Part shown: positions 26,895 through 35,258 of the stretch, one piece after another
Numbering within the stretch: the first letter of the stretch is position 1
Layout: the number at the start of each line of letters is the position of its first letter
DNA from: a virus
Lineage: Duplodnaviria > Caudoviricetes
Length of the DNA: 60,357 nt
IMG/VR virus record: IMGVR_UViG_3300035211_000039
Location: 1-60,357 of that record
Reading direction: 5' to 3' (one strand)
The notes under the pieces: generated by a model
Database searches by the model: none
What the model saw: the letters and a program-made list of their open reading frames with translations, nothing else
What the model was told of the DNA's origin: nothing
Translations under genes and position numbers: made by a program

Positions 26895-27101
26895 ATGGCT
26901 TTTAATCCATCACCAAAGGTTGGAGACGCCGCACGGATTGCAAAAAAGTACGGCAAAAACAAGGTCATAATTCTTATGCTGGACGATGAAACAATCGAGT
27001 ACGCCAGTTATGGGAAAGATGGTTCAATGTGCGATGAGGCAAAGGAGATCGCAAACGTCGCCTATGATGCCGTCATGCAGCACATGGTTGATAAAATATA
27101 A
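26895..27101 (+). CDS. Hypothetical protein
   Basis: RBS-led ORF. Confidence 0.7.
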   Translation: MAFNPSPKVGDAARIAKKYGKNKVIILMLDDETIEYASYGKDGSMCDEAKEIANVAYDAVMQHMVDKI

Positions 27102-27122
27102 CTCCCCGTATGCGGGGGTAAT

Positions 27123-27422
27123 GTGGGGATAGGGAGGTGCGTAATGTATGATATGGACATGCCAACGATGTGCGACCAATGTGGAGAAATAAAAGATTTC
27201 GCGGAATTCCGACATGATCCAAATGGATCGGGGCATATGTTTTGCCCAGAATGTTGCAATGAAAATGAGGGTGATGTTTTGGATTACAGGGGGCTTCCAA
27301 AGTGTTGCCTTGAATGCAGCGCTTTCAACGATGGGTGGAACGAAGTTACCGGTAGCGAATACTATTGTTCGCTTGGGTTGAAATTGCCGGTAAAAAAGGG
27401 GTCATGCAAGCGGCAATGTTGA
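27123..27422 (+). CDS. Cys-rich Zn-binding hypothetical protein
   Basis: CDQC, CPEC, CLEC; start may be 27144. Confidence 0.65.
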   Translation: MGIGRCVMYDMDMPTMCDQCGEIKDFAEFRHDPNGSGHMFCPECCNENEGDVLDYRGLPKCCLECSAFNDGWNEVTGSEYYCSLGLKLPVKKGSCKRQC

Positions 27423-27476
27423 TAAACGCAGTAACCACCATCACGCATCAACCGCGCACCGCGCAAAGGAGGGGTT

Positions 27477-27668
27477 GTGCTTAAAAAATTCATTGGTGCC
27501 ATGTTTATATCCTATATGGGGGGATTTGTAACCTGCATGAACCTAACCAAGCTTCTTGACGCTGGAGACAGCTACGAAGCAGCATGGTGGAAGGTGTCTT
27601 TTTCTGTTTTTATAGCAGCAGCTTCTGGAATTATGTGGTGGAGCGCTCATCGCCATATGTGGGAATAG
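27477..27668 (+). CDS. 2-TM small membrane protein (AAWWKV paralog 1)
   Basis: AGGAGG RBS; similar to 28570-28767. Confidence 0.7.
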   Translation: MLKKFIGAMFISYMGGFVTCMNLTKLLDAGDSYEAAWWKVSFSVFIAAASGIMWWSAHRHMWE

Positions 27669-27676
27669 GGGGGCTT

Positions 27677-27877
27677 ATGAAAACAAAAGCATTTGTGTCT
27701 GTAAAGCTGGAAATACTTTCCTCTGGTGGATGGCAGAAAGGGTGTTCACTTGACCAGGTTAAAAAACAAGCCATTGAATCGGCGCTTATTTATTTGAGAG
27801 ACACTATTAGAAACGAGGACATAAGCATTATTGAAGCTAAAACAGAGAGAATTGTTATTGAAGAAGTAAGCAAATAA
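27677..27877 (+). CDS. Hypothetical protein
   Basis: G-rich RBS; flanked by a 16-bp direct repeat. Confidence 0.65.
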   Translation: MKTKAFVSVKLEILSSGGWQKGCSLDQVKKQAIESALIYLRDTIRNEDISIIEAKTERIVIEEVSK

Positions 27878-27911
27878 GATGTTTCGTCATATGTGGGAAT
27901 AGGAGGTTGCT

Positions 27912-28199
27912 GTGGCCGCAATCAAATTATATTTACAGGCAAGGGAGCAACAAAGCAGCTTGGATAGAAGCACGTGCCTAAAACTTGAAGATAACTATGT
28001 TGGTATGGCACTGCATCCAATAGATAACCCATCTCCAAGCGCTGATGGCATCTCCCAACTTTTTTGTACTCCTGTAAAAGTAAGACTTAGTGTGATTGGT
28101 GATAGAAAGAAACTTAAAAAAGAAATTATGGAGTTTGTAGAGTCAGAGGTTGACTATTGGCTAAACTCTATGGACACAGAAATGGGGTATGACAGATAG
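27912..28199 (+). CDS. Hypothetical protein
   Basis: AGGAGG RBS, GTG start. Confidence 0.65.
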   Translation: MAAIKLYLQAREQQSSLDRSTCLKLEDNYVGMALHPIDNPSPSADGISQLFCTPVKVRLSVIGDRKKLKKEIMEFVESEVDYWLNSMDTEMGYDR

Positions 28200-28210
28200 G
28201 AGGCCCGACC

Positions 28211-28573
28211 ATGAAAGAATTTAGGGAGTTCTTAGAATACATTGTCAAAGGTAAAGTATATGACGAACACCCTGACGGATTTAACAATGAAGAAATGGGG
28301 AGAGATGTTTGGCCCGCCCGAATGGAAGCCATAGAATCAATGGCCTCCGATATACTCAAAAAGTGGAACACCCGCCCATCCGATCCGGTGAGGGTGGAGA
28401 ATCGTAAACTGAGAGAATTACTGTGGCTGTTTCACAACAGAACACATACACTTTACGGAGATGATGGTGAAATGCAATGCTCCGCTTGTTGGATAGACTT
28501 CAAAAGAGATTCTGTGGAATCTATTTACGCTAAACTTTTACCACCAATGCCACCAGCGCCGGAGGAGGGATGA
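28211..28573 (+). CDS. Hypothetical protein
   Basis: LRELLWL.H..LYGDDGEMQC..C.IDFKRD; AGGAGG RBS. Confidence 0.75.
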   Translation: MKEFREFLEYIVKGKVYDEHPDGFNNEEMGRDVWPARMEAIESMASDILKKWNTRPSDPVRVENRKLRELLWLFHNRTHTLYGDDGEMQCSACWIDFKRDSVESIYAKLLPPMPPAPEEG

Positions 28574-28767
28574 TGAGACACTTCATATGGGCAACGATAG
28601 TTTCTTTCTTTTCTGGAGTTGCAGTTAGTTCTAATCTATCAATATTAATCCCTATAAATGAATCGTTTAGCGCGGCATGGTGGAAAGTAGGGCTTTTAAT
28701 AACGATTGCTATATTTGTAGGGGCTGTTTGTTGGAATAAAATTAAAGATGGTTTCAACGAGGAGTAG
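28570..28767 (+). CDS. 2-TM small membrane protein (AAWWKV paralog 2)
   Basis: GGAGG RBS; two hydrophobic helices. Confidence 0.7.
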   Translation: MMRHFIWATIVSFFSGVAVSSNLSILIPINESFSAAWWKVGLLITIAIFVGAVCWNKIKDGFNEE

Positions 28768-28802
28768 CCAACATCAACCGCACAGCGGGAAGGGAAAACA
28801 AA

Positions 28803-29015
28803 ATGCTTAAAAAAGGAACGGCAGTAAGAATTATCGGACCGGATGGTATTCCAAGTATCGGCAGGTATGGCAATATTGTGGGGCCGTGTTCAGAAAAGGG
28901 TGTTTTCAATGTTCACCTATCCGGGAATAGCCCAAAAACAATATATCAGTTTCACGAGAACTTCCTGGAAGAAATTATTGGCGGCAATCAAAGCCAGAAA
29001 AGATCTAACGATTAA
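28803..29015 (+). CDS. Hypothetical SH3/KOW-like small protein
   Basis: KGTAVRIIG..G.YG.IV. Confidence 0.65.
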   Translation: MLKKGTAVRIIGPDGIPSIGRYGNIVGPCSEKGVFNVHLSGNSPKTIYQFHENFLEEIIGGNQSQKRSND

Positions 29016-29038
29016 CCGCACAGCGGGGGAGGGGAATA

Positions 29039-29257
29039 GTGGACTTTGAAAAAAAGATAGTAGAGGTTTGTGATGAGTGTTTATGCGCTTCATGCTGGCA
29101 CGGCGAGTTTATGTGCTATGAAAGCCAAAACGCAGGGACAACAAAGAAGACGGTTTCCGAACTTAGGAAACTTAATTTAGAGCATTCAGATCATTGGAGC
29201 GACAATAAAATGAAGGCCGTATATGGTGATCCGGCACCACATGGGTATTCTGATTAA
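29039..29257 (+). CDS. Hypothetical Cys-rich protein
   Basis: VCDECLCASCWHGEFMC; GGAGG RBS. Confidence 0.7.
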   Translation: MDFEKKIVEVCDECLCASCWHGEFMCYESQNAGTTKKTVSELRKLNLEHSDHWSDNKMKAVYGDPAPHGYSD

Positions 29258-29283
29258 CCGTGCACAGCGGTAAGGGGGGAAGC

Positions 29284-29398
29284 GTGAAAGATCCAGATAG
29301 ATGATGCTGCTATCGGGTGCCCCCTGATTCACCCAAAAGACAGAAGGCCGTATGTTGATTGGGCTGAAGTTAGAAAGATCCTTGGTCTGGACGAATAA
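29284..29398 (+). pseudogene. C-terminal remnant of a HAD-like phosphatase gene
   Basis: IDDAAIGCPL..RPYVDW reads out of frame with the RBS-led GTG. Confidence 0.45.
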
Positions 29399-29436
29399 AC
29401 CACAACCGCGCAATAGCGCAGAGGATGGGGGGGGCA

Positions 29437-29742
29437 ATGGACAACGAAAAGTGGTTTGACGAAAAAATTGCACCGATGCTTCTTTATATAGCAAAGGAAT
29501 GCCAGCACCAAGGTATACCGTTTGTTTCTGTTGCTGAGTATTCACCAGGGGAAAGGTGTAGGACCGCCACAATCCCCAAAAATGCTGGTTTGGCTATGGT
29601 TATGCTAAACCTTTTGGCCCAGGTCGGAGAGAACGTAGATGGGTTTATCATTGGCATGAAAAGATACGCAGCTAAAAACAACATAGATACTTCGGCAAGT
29701 ATATACCTCAGTGACAATTTTGGGCCTCCGTTGCCGAAATAG
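29437..29742 (+). CDS. Hypothetical protein
   Basis: G-rich RBS. Confidence 0.7.
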   Translation: MDNEKWFDEKIAPMLLYIAKECQHQGIPFVSVAEYSPGERCRTATIPKNAGLAMVMLNLLAQVGENVDGFIIGMKRYAAKNNIDTSASIYLSDNFGPPLPK

Positions 29743-29772
29743 ACCCGCCGAATGGTGGGATAGGAGGATTAA

Positions 29773-30054
29773 ATGAAAGGTAGTGGTTACGATAATTTAT
29801 GGGGTTGGTTTGGTCTTAGTTATTCGAGTTTTTTAACAATGCCAAGGGTTTTAATGCATGAAATGCCGGATGAGTGGCAAAGCAAGATGGCCGGTCTCCT
29901 TGAAGAATACGACGAGACTTTTCGACACTGGCCGTCAGGCATGGGAACCAGGGTTCAGGTAACGATAAACGGAAAGATGGTCAAGACGCCTGAGTGGCTT
30001 ATCAACTACAGGCATCCAAACTTTGAAAAAATAAGGGAGCTTAAAGGCGAATAG
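29773..30054 (+). CDS. Conserved phage hypothetical protein
   Basis: WFGLSY.SFLTMPRVLM.EMPDEWQ; AGGAGG RBS; last plus-arm gene. Confidence 0.8.
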   Translation: MKGSGYDNLWGWFGLSYSSFLTMPRVLMHEMPDEWQSKMAGLLEEYDETFRHWPSGMGTRVQVTINGKMVKTPEWLINYRHPNFEKIRELKGE

Positions 30055-30115
30055 TACCGTTTCATTTTGATACAAATCACAATCGAACGGCATTCCGCAA
30101 GTAGACTTGCACTAA

Positions 30116-30355
30116 TTAAGACACTGCTTTCAACCGATTAAGTAGTTCGGTTTCGATCCCATTAAGAACCTTCCCGGAATACTCGATCGAGTCCCGGTAT
30201 TCACACCATATGTCGCTGTCCCTGCAGTGGTCTAGGTGCGATTTTAGGCGTTTCTTTTCTTTGCGTACCTCGACCACTTGCAGACGAAGCTTAGAAGCGA
30301 GACGGGCCTTTGCCTTGTCCCGCTTCCATCTTCTCAACCTAACTACAGGATTCAT
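30116..30355 (-). CDS. Hypothetical basic coiled-coil protein
   Basis: Last gene of the minus arm. Confidence 0.55.
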   Translation of the reverse strand: MNPVVRLRRWKRDKAKARLASKLRLQVVEVRKEKKRLKSHLDHCRDSDIWCEYRDSIEYSGKVLNGIETELLNRLKAVS

Positions 30356-30356
30356 T

Positions 30357-30965
30357 TCATTCGGGACCCATCCCCTCGATGAAAGCTACGGCAATATCTT
30401 TGATGTCTCCCACTGCAAACTTTTCCAGGTACTCGGCATCGATCATGCCAGTGTCGGGAACATCCAGGCCGAACACGGCAAGCAGGTCAGCTGCTGATTT
30501 TGCGAGTCGTTCCGATCCGGCCACACCCTCGGCGGCCAGCATCTGCTGAAGGCCATTTGCGAAAAGGGCCCTGAATTCATCGCCATCTTCATCCTTGATC
30601 ATGTTGTAACCGAGTCGAACGGCTGTGGCCATCTCAGGGTTATTCATGGCAACGAGGTTTCCGGCCTCCCGAGCGATGATCTTTGCGCCGGCAATGTATT
30701 GGGCCTTTGTCGGCTTTGTAGCGCATCCTCCCAGGCAAAGTCCGAGTAGCGCGAGACCACCAAGAGTTGCGGCCAGAACGGCAGGGATAGCCCATATGGT
30801 TTCACCGGTCTTTCCTTTGCCCTTAAGCGCGCCGAAAAACCGCCTCAGTGCGCCTATGTACGGGACGTACTTGTCAGGAATTTTACCGACAATGAAGTCC
30901 AGAGCTACGCCGGCAGCGATAAACAGTGGCCAATACTCGTTGATAATCCCCATAATGTAGTCCAT
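30357..30965 (-). CDS. Membrane protein with holin-like N-terminus and internal lipobox-like motif
   Basis: TM1, amphipathic segment, TM2 ending CLGGC; GGAGG RBS. Confidence 0.65.
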   Translation of the reverse strand: MDYIMGIINEYWPLFIAAGVALDFIVGKIPDKYVPYIGALRRFFGALKGKGKTGETIWAIPAVLAATLGGLALLGLCLGGCATKPTKAQYIAGAKIIAREAGNLVAMNNPEMATAVRLGYNMIKDEDGDEFRALFANGLQQMLAAEGVAGSERLAKSAADLLAVFGLDVPDTGMIDAEYLEKFAVGDIKDIAVAFIEGMGPE

Positions 30966-31001
30966 GATCTAAACCTCCCTTTCCAAGCGATACTAAAGTA
31001 T

Positions 31002-31307
31002 CTATTTAACTGAAAGTTTACCGTTATTTTGCACTATTGTGGCTTCATCCCCCACTTTGACAAATCCCCATTCATCTTGATCGATACGATACATTGATCC
31101 TGTTTCGAAACTCACGAAACATGCCTCATCGTAGCAGTGAACAGCGTCAACTTTTCCAGTGTGAACGACTTGATCTTCTTCCATGTCGTCATCTGTCATA
31201 ACTTCAACAACTGCCCATCCGGTCACCGCACCAATCAATAGGGCCTCCTTGACACACCCAACCAAACAAAACGAAAAAATCAAAAATGATGCGATCGCTA
31301 ATTTCAT
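31002..31307 (-). CDS. Putative lipoprotein
   Basis: MK-hydrophobic-LVGC; GGAGG RBS. Confidence 0.7.
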   Translation of the reverse strand: MKLAIASFLIFSFCLVGCVKEALLIGAVTGWAVVEVMTDDDMEEDQVVHTGKVDAVHCYDEACFVSFETGSMYRIDQDEWGFVKVGDEATIVQNNGKLSVK

Positions 31308-31320
31308 GGAAACCTCCCTT

Positions 31321-31902
31321 TTAGTAAATTCGCACCCTCGGAAGAGTGACGCCAAATTTAAAAAAATCTCCAGGCCGCGGGGCTATCTTTCTCCCCTTTT
31401 TATTGAGTGGTAACGTTATGACGCCTGAGCTGTCAAGGGAGAACGCCTTTCCTTCTGAACAGAAAAACTGCCTGGCGTTCATTGATACCCGGCCAAACAT
31501 ATTTGAAAACAGGCCTCCAAAGTCATACGGGATTCCTACCATATCAAGCTCACAACGGACTATTGATCGACGATAGTTGTCGAGACCAGGTGACTTTAGG
31601 GGGAGGACATAAACGCGGCCCTTATACCCTTCCAGCGCCCTGGAAAGATAGTTGATACAAAACCCCTTCTCGGTAGCCTCGGTTGTCATGATTCGATCGC
31701 CAGGCTCGTTCTCGAACTCCTTCATGCGAATGACGCCACCGGTATGATTGACATCCTTTTTGGTGAACATTCTGATCATGCGACCGATAATCTTGTCGGA
31801 TCCCCATTCGAGGATATCGCCGTCTCGAAGATAGCGACGATATATTTTATACCTCTCGATACCGGTTATTGATTCGTCTACACTTGGCCATTTCGGTATC
31901 AT
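31321..31902 (-). CDS. Permuted papain-like (YiiX/YebB, NlpC/P60) amidase
   Basis: GDIL..IR.FT..VNHTG..EA..PYDF..FFCSE (His before Cys). Confidence 0.8.
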   Translation of the reverse strand: MIPKWPSVDESITGIERYKIYRRYLRDGDILEWGSDKIIGRMIRMFTKKDVNHTGGVIRMKEFENEPGDRIMTTEATEKGFCINYLSRALEGYKGRVYVLPLKSPGLDNYRRSIVRCELDMVGIPYDFGGLFSNMFGRVSMNARQFFCSEGKAFSLDSSGVITLPLNKKGRKIAPRPGDFFKFGVTLPRVRIY

Positions 31903-31914
31903 TGACTTGCCCCC

Positions 31915-32160
31915 CTATTTTTTAGGATCGTGAATATCATTGAACTCTTTCTTGGTTAGACACGGCTTGATTTGATCAATGCAATCCTTTAATTTTTTTC
32001 CTGTCGTCAATTTTTCAAAAACTTCACAATAAGATTCATTCATTACGGGGCATCCCTTGCAAGCATTTCCGGGCGGCACATGCTCACATAGCCAGAAATT
32101 CCATGATTGGTCATACCCTGGCGGGAACTTTTTCATCAGCTCGTCAAGTTTCCCCCCCAT
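31915..32160 (-). CDS. Cys-rich hypothetical protein
   Basis: C..CKGCP..C; GAGG RBS. Confidence 0.6.
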   Translation of the reverse strand: MGGKLDELMKKFPPGYDQSWNFWLCEHVPPGNACKGCPVMNESYCEVFEKLTTGKKLKDCIDQIKPCLTKKEFNDIHDPKK

Positions 32161-32311
32161 GTTTAATTTCCGCCTCTTTTATTTCGGCTATTCTGCGTAA
32201 CTCCTTCACAGATAGTTTTAAATACGCATCGCCGCACACTTCACACCAGATGTCTATACTAACACAGCCGCAACCGATACATATTTTGCTGAGTGGTTTT
32301 TCCTTATTCAT
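32144..32311 (-). CDS. 55-aa Zn-ribbon protein
   Basis: CIGC..CEVC; GAGGTG RBS. Confidence 0.55.
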   Translation of the reverse strand: MNKEKPLSKICIGCGCVSIDIWCEVCGDAYLKLSVKELRRIAEIKEAEIKHGGET

Positions 32312-32320
32312 ACCGTCACC

Positions 32321-32599
32321 TCAATTTTGATGTTTTCGAAGCTCCGATAAAATCTCCTTCTGCGAAGTTTTAATTTCATCAAGCTGTTTCTGCATCGACT
32401 TCAGGGTATTATTGGCTACGGCCACATCGGTATTGAGTTTGGCTATTGCTGCTGTGTTCGAATTTGCCTTGGTTTTGCAGTCTTGATCATTGTTTGCCAG
32501 TGTGTTCATGACGAACCCGCCAGAAAGGAGGGTGAGAGCCCAAAGGGAGGCCATAATTGCCCAGATCAGCTTAGTACTTGTAGACCTACCGTTTGCCAT
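32321..32599 (-). CDS. TM plus coiled-coil protein (holin/spanin-like)
   Basis: One N-terminal TM, then heptads. Confidence 0.6.
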   Translation of the reverse strand: MANGRSTSTKLIWAIMASLWALTLLSGGFVMNTLANNDQDCKTKANSNTAAIAKLNTDVAVANNTLKSMQKQLDEIKTSQKEILSELRKHQN

Positions 32600-32621
32600 A
32601 TTTACTACCGCCTTCGTTTTT

Positions 32622-33001
32622 CTATTGCAGTTTTCTGATGATCAGCTCGTATCGCCTAACTTCATCGTTGATCCCAGGCAGTGGAGGAAGTTCGGTGATT
32701 TCGCTCGGCACCAAATACTCAACCTCGTTAGAATATCCGCTTTCCATGCCGTTGAAATAGTGTTTTGACGCGAAATAATAGGTCTCTCCAGGGACAGATT
32801 GGAAATGGTGAACTGAACGGTCCCTGATCCGGCGTCTGAGCTGAAATTATACTGTCCAGGAGATGTACCGATATAGAGCCTTGTTCCCCACTCGGCGTTT
32901 CCCGGGGCATCCCATTCGAGCGTTACCTCTGCTGCGCTGGCGATATAAACTAAAGAAAAAATACAGAAAATTGTTGCTGCAAAAATAAATAATTTCTTCA
33001 T
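32622..33001 (-). pseudogene. Signal peptide + fibronectin type III protein with a 1-nt frameshift near 32793
   Basis: AEVTLEWD..ISNL continues as PGETYYF..ESGYSNEV in the -1 frame. Confidence 0.8.
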
Positions 33002-33010
33002 TTCTACCCC

Positions 33011-34480
33011 CTATCTTATTAATGCTGTTCCAAATATTCGGACAGTTCCTCTTTGCTGACGAGGCGTTGCTGATGCCGCTACACTGTAATCTATATCTGA
33101 AGAAAAGCTGTTGGAGTTTCCGGCTCCGTCGATGCATCGAACATAGTATGTGTAGCTGTCACCACATGCGTTACTGACGCTTTGGCTGTGGGAGGTTCCT
33201 CCGGTTGCCGAAAAGGTGCTTCCCATCGATGAATAATCTACATCAGAAGTGCTATATCGGCAAGTTGCGGACTCGTCTGTCGTTACCTGCAATGTGTTTG
33301 GGTCCGGGTCCTCATCGCAGGCCTGAGAACCCGAAGGCAGAGGGGAGCTAATTACAGGTGGGTCTAAGTCCTCCGTATAGCTCACCGTTATTTGGTCAGT
33401 ACCGGTGTTGTTTGATGAGTCAGTCGCTGTTACGATGATCACGTTCTCGCCGTCTGAGAGGCCGATATCAGTGATCGTCCAGTTAGTGGTACCAGAGGCA
33501 GACCCCGAGGTCGGTTCGCACTTTGAGCAAGCCCACGTTACCGATGACACGGACACATTGTCAGATGACGTACCTCCGAGAGATACTGTGCTATCGTACC
33601 CGTTATCGTATGTCGCGCTTGAGGTAGGGGTTGTGATTGTTGCCGTTGGATCTGTGGTGTCTTCTCCGGTTACGAATCCAGTGGGTGGGCCTATAAGGGT
33701 CGCGGACGTTGTGATAATCAGATTATCAACCCACATCTCAGCATTTGTTTGGCTCGACAACCTGTGGTTGTAATAATTGCCGAGTTCTATCGACGTGTAC
33801 CCGCCACCAATATCTATATAATACTGTTTTAGCAACCCCGACACTGCTCCATCCATGGTCCAAACGTACACGCTGGATAGCCCGGTTGACGCGGAATCAA
33901 TTATGTACTCTAAACACACCCATTCTCCAACGTAGTCGCCCCAGTTGAATGTCTGGGTTCCCTCAGGCCACCAGTTCCCGTCATCGGGATCAGATCCCTC
34001 ACCATTTTCGTACTTGCAAGTTGAGTTGTTGCACACAGAGAGTCCATACTCGCCATCTCCGGTTTTTACTGATGAAATAAATCTTGTTGCCGTACCTGTT
34101 GCCTCAATGTGTTTGAGATCAAACCCAGCACAACCGCTGCTCGTAGAGTTCGCCCAATAGGACGTACCGAGTTTTATAAGATAACGAAAATGTATATAAC
34201 CGGTTGATGAGAATCCTACCGTAATGTTAGCGTCTTGACCATTTCCACCGGTGCACACTGTCGGGCCAAGTAGCAATAGCGCGTCACTTCCGCCCCAACC
34301 CCCCCCCTCGGAAAGTGAAGCTGAAGCACCATTATCAACGTAGTGATTTGATGCTATCCACGCGGACGCACCACCCCCATCGAAATCCTGGCTATACGGT
34401 AGTATTTCAGCGAGCACAACGCCCGGAAAAAACAACACCGCAACGATAAAAACCAAAAGTTTTTTTTTAGTATGTGTCAT
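33011..34480 (-). CDS. Signal peptide + lectin/lyase-like and Ig-like domain protein (accessory tail/adhesin)
   Basis: KKK-hydrophobic-VLA/E; W.C.EY..WVDNL; DTTDPT..ITTP..SDNVSV..G.N.I.VTATD.S.N Ig repeats. Confidence 0.75.
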   Translation of the reverse strand: MTHTKKKLLVFIVAVLFFPGVVLAEILPYSQDFDGGGASAWIASNHYVDNGASASLSEGGGWGGSDALLLLGPTVCTGGNGQDANITVGFSSTGYIHFRYLIKLGTSYWANSTSSGCAGFDLKHIEATGTATRFISSVKTGDGEYGLSVCNNSTCKYENGEGSDPDDGNWWPEGTQTFNWGDYVGEWVCLEYIIDSASTGLSSVYVWTMDGAVSGLLKQYYIDIGGGYTSIELGNYYNHRLSSQTNAEMWVDNLIITTSATLIGPPTGFVTGEDTTDPTATITTPTSSATYDNGYDSTVSLGGTSSDNVSVSSVTWACSKCEPTSGSASGTTNWTITDIGLSDGENVIIVTATDSSNNTGTDQITVSYTEDLDPPVISSPLPSGSQACDEDPDPNTLQVTTDESATCRYSTSDVDYSSMGSTFSATGGTSHSQSVSNACGDSYTYYVRCIDGAGNSNSFSSDIDYSVAASATPRQQRGTVRIFGTALIR

Positions 34481-35258
34481 AAATCGCCTCAGCAACAGTA
34501 GAAGTTAACGCTGTACCGTTGTACCAATAGAAATCGTCTATTTGACCATAAAACGGGTAGTCATCAACGCCATCATCAGATCGACCGATCATAAACTGTG
34601 CGGTGTTGTCTGGAATTGCGTCATCAAGATTGAATTGAGTTCCATTAACCTGATCTCCAAACGTTCCTCCAATTGATGAGATCCATACCGTAACCTCATT
34701 TGGTTCAGAGGCGTTAATTGATATGACGACATGGTAAAGAGTATCTATCGTTGGCGACCAGCCAACGTCAATTTCGGTCGAACTGTAGTCATTGGTGTGT
34801 ATAGCTAAATACAATGCGCTTGAATCAGACACTTCCGTTCTGAGAGAAAACCCGCTTCGACCCTCATCCCACACATACTTCCCCACTATAGCCAAATCAG
34901 ATCCAACCAAATATGTTGCTCGGAACACTACAGATAGGGACCAATCTCCGGCTCCCGGCTCGAACGCTGCATTATCGGCATGGTATGCGTAGATATTATT
35001 ATCAAAAATAGCAGCATGAGATCCCTCTGCCTTGTTCGTCGCATCGTATGTCACGGTTCCCGAGTTAGTTAGGTTGTAGGTCGATCCAGTATCGTTGAGG
35101 TTGTTGTTAAACTGCCACCTGGCGGTTGGGGTGGGTATTTCTGTACCTCCGCCAGAATTAGCTATTTTAGACGCTATAACCCTTAAATAAGACTGCTGTA
35201 GAGGGCTTGCGCAAACAACAAACGGTATTAAAAGTAGAAATAATATCAGCTTTTTCAT
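34467..35258 (-). CDS. Signal peptide + LamG/ConA-like protein
   Basis: MKKLILFLLL..VCA/S; YHVVI..F.GQIDD; TAATG coupling. Confidence 0.8.
   Translation of the reverse strand: MKKLILFLLLIPFVVCASPLQQSYLRVIASKIANSGGGTEIPTPTARWQFNNNLNDTGSTYNLTNSGTVTYDATNKAEGSHAAIFDNNIYAYHADNAAFEPGAGDWSLSVVFRATYLVGSDLAIVGKYVWDEGRSGFSLRTEVSDSSALYLAIHTNDYSSTEIDVGWSPTIDTLYHVVISINASEPNEVTVWISSIGGTFGDQVNGTQFNLDDAIPDNTAQFMIGRSDDGVDDYPFYGQIDDFYWYNGTALTSTVAEAIYDTY

Noticed and set aside
27446-29436. Integron attC sites or mini-CRISPR
   Set aside because: Motifs are too short and degenerate, lack RYYYAAC/GTTRRRY boxes, are separated by whole genes, and no integrase is present.
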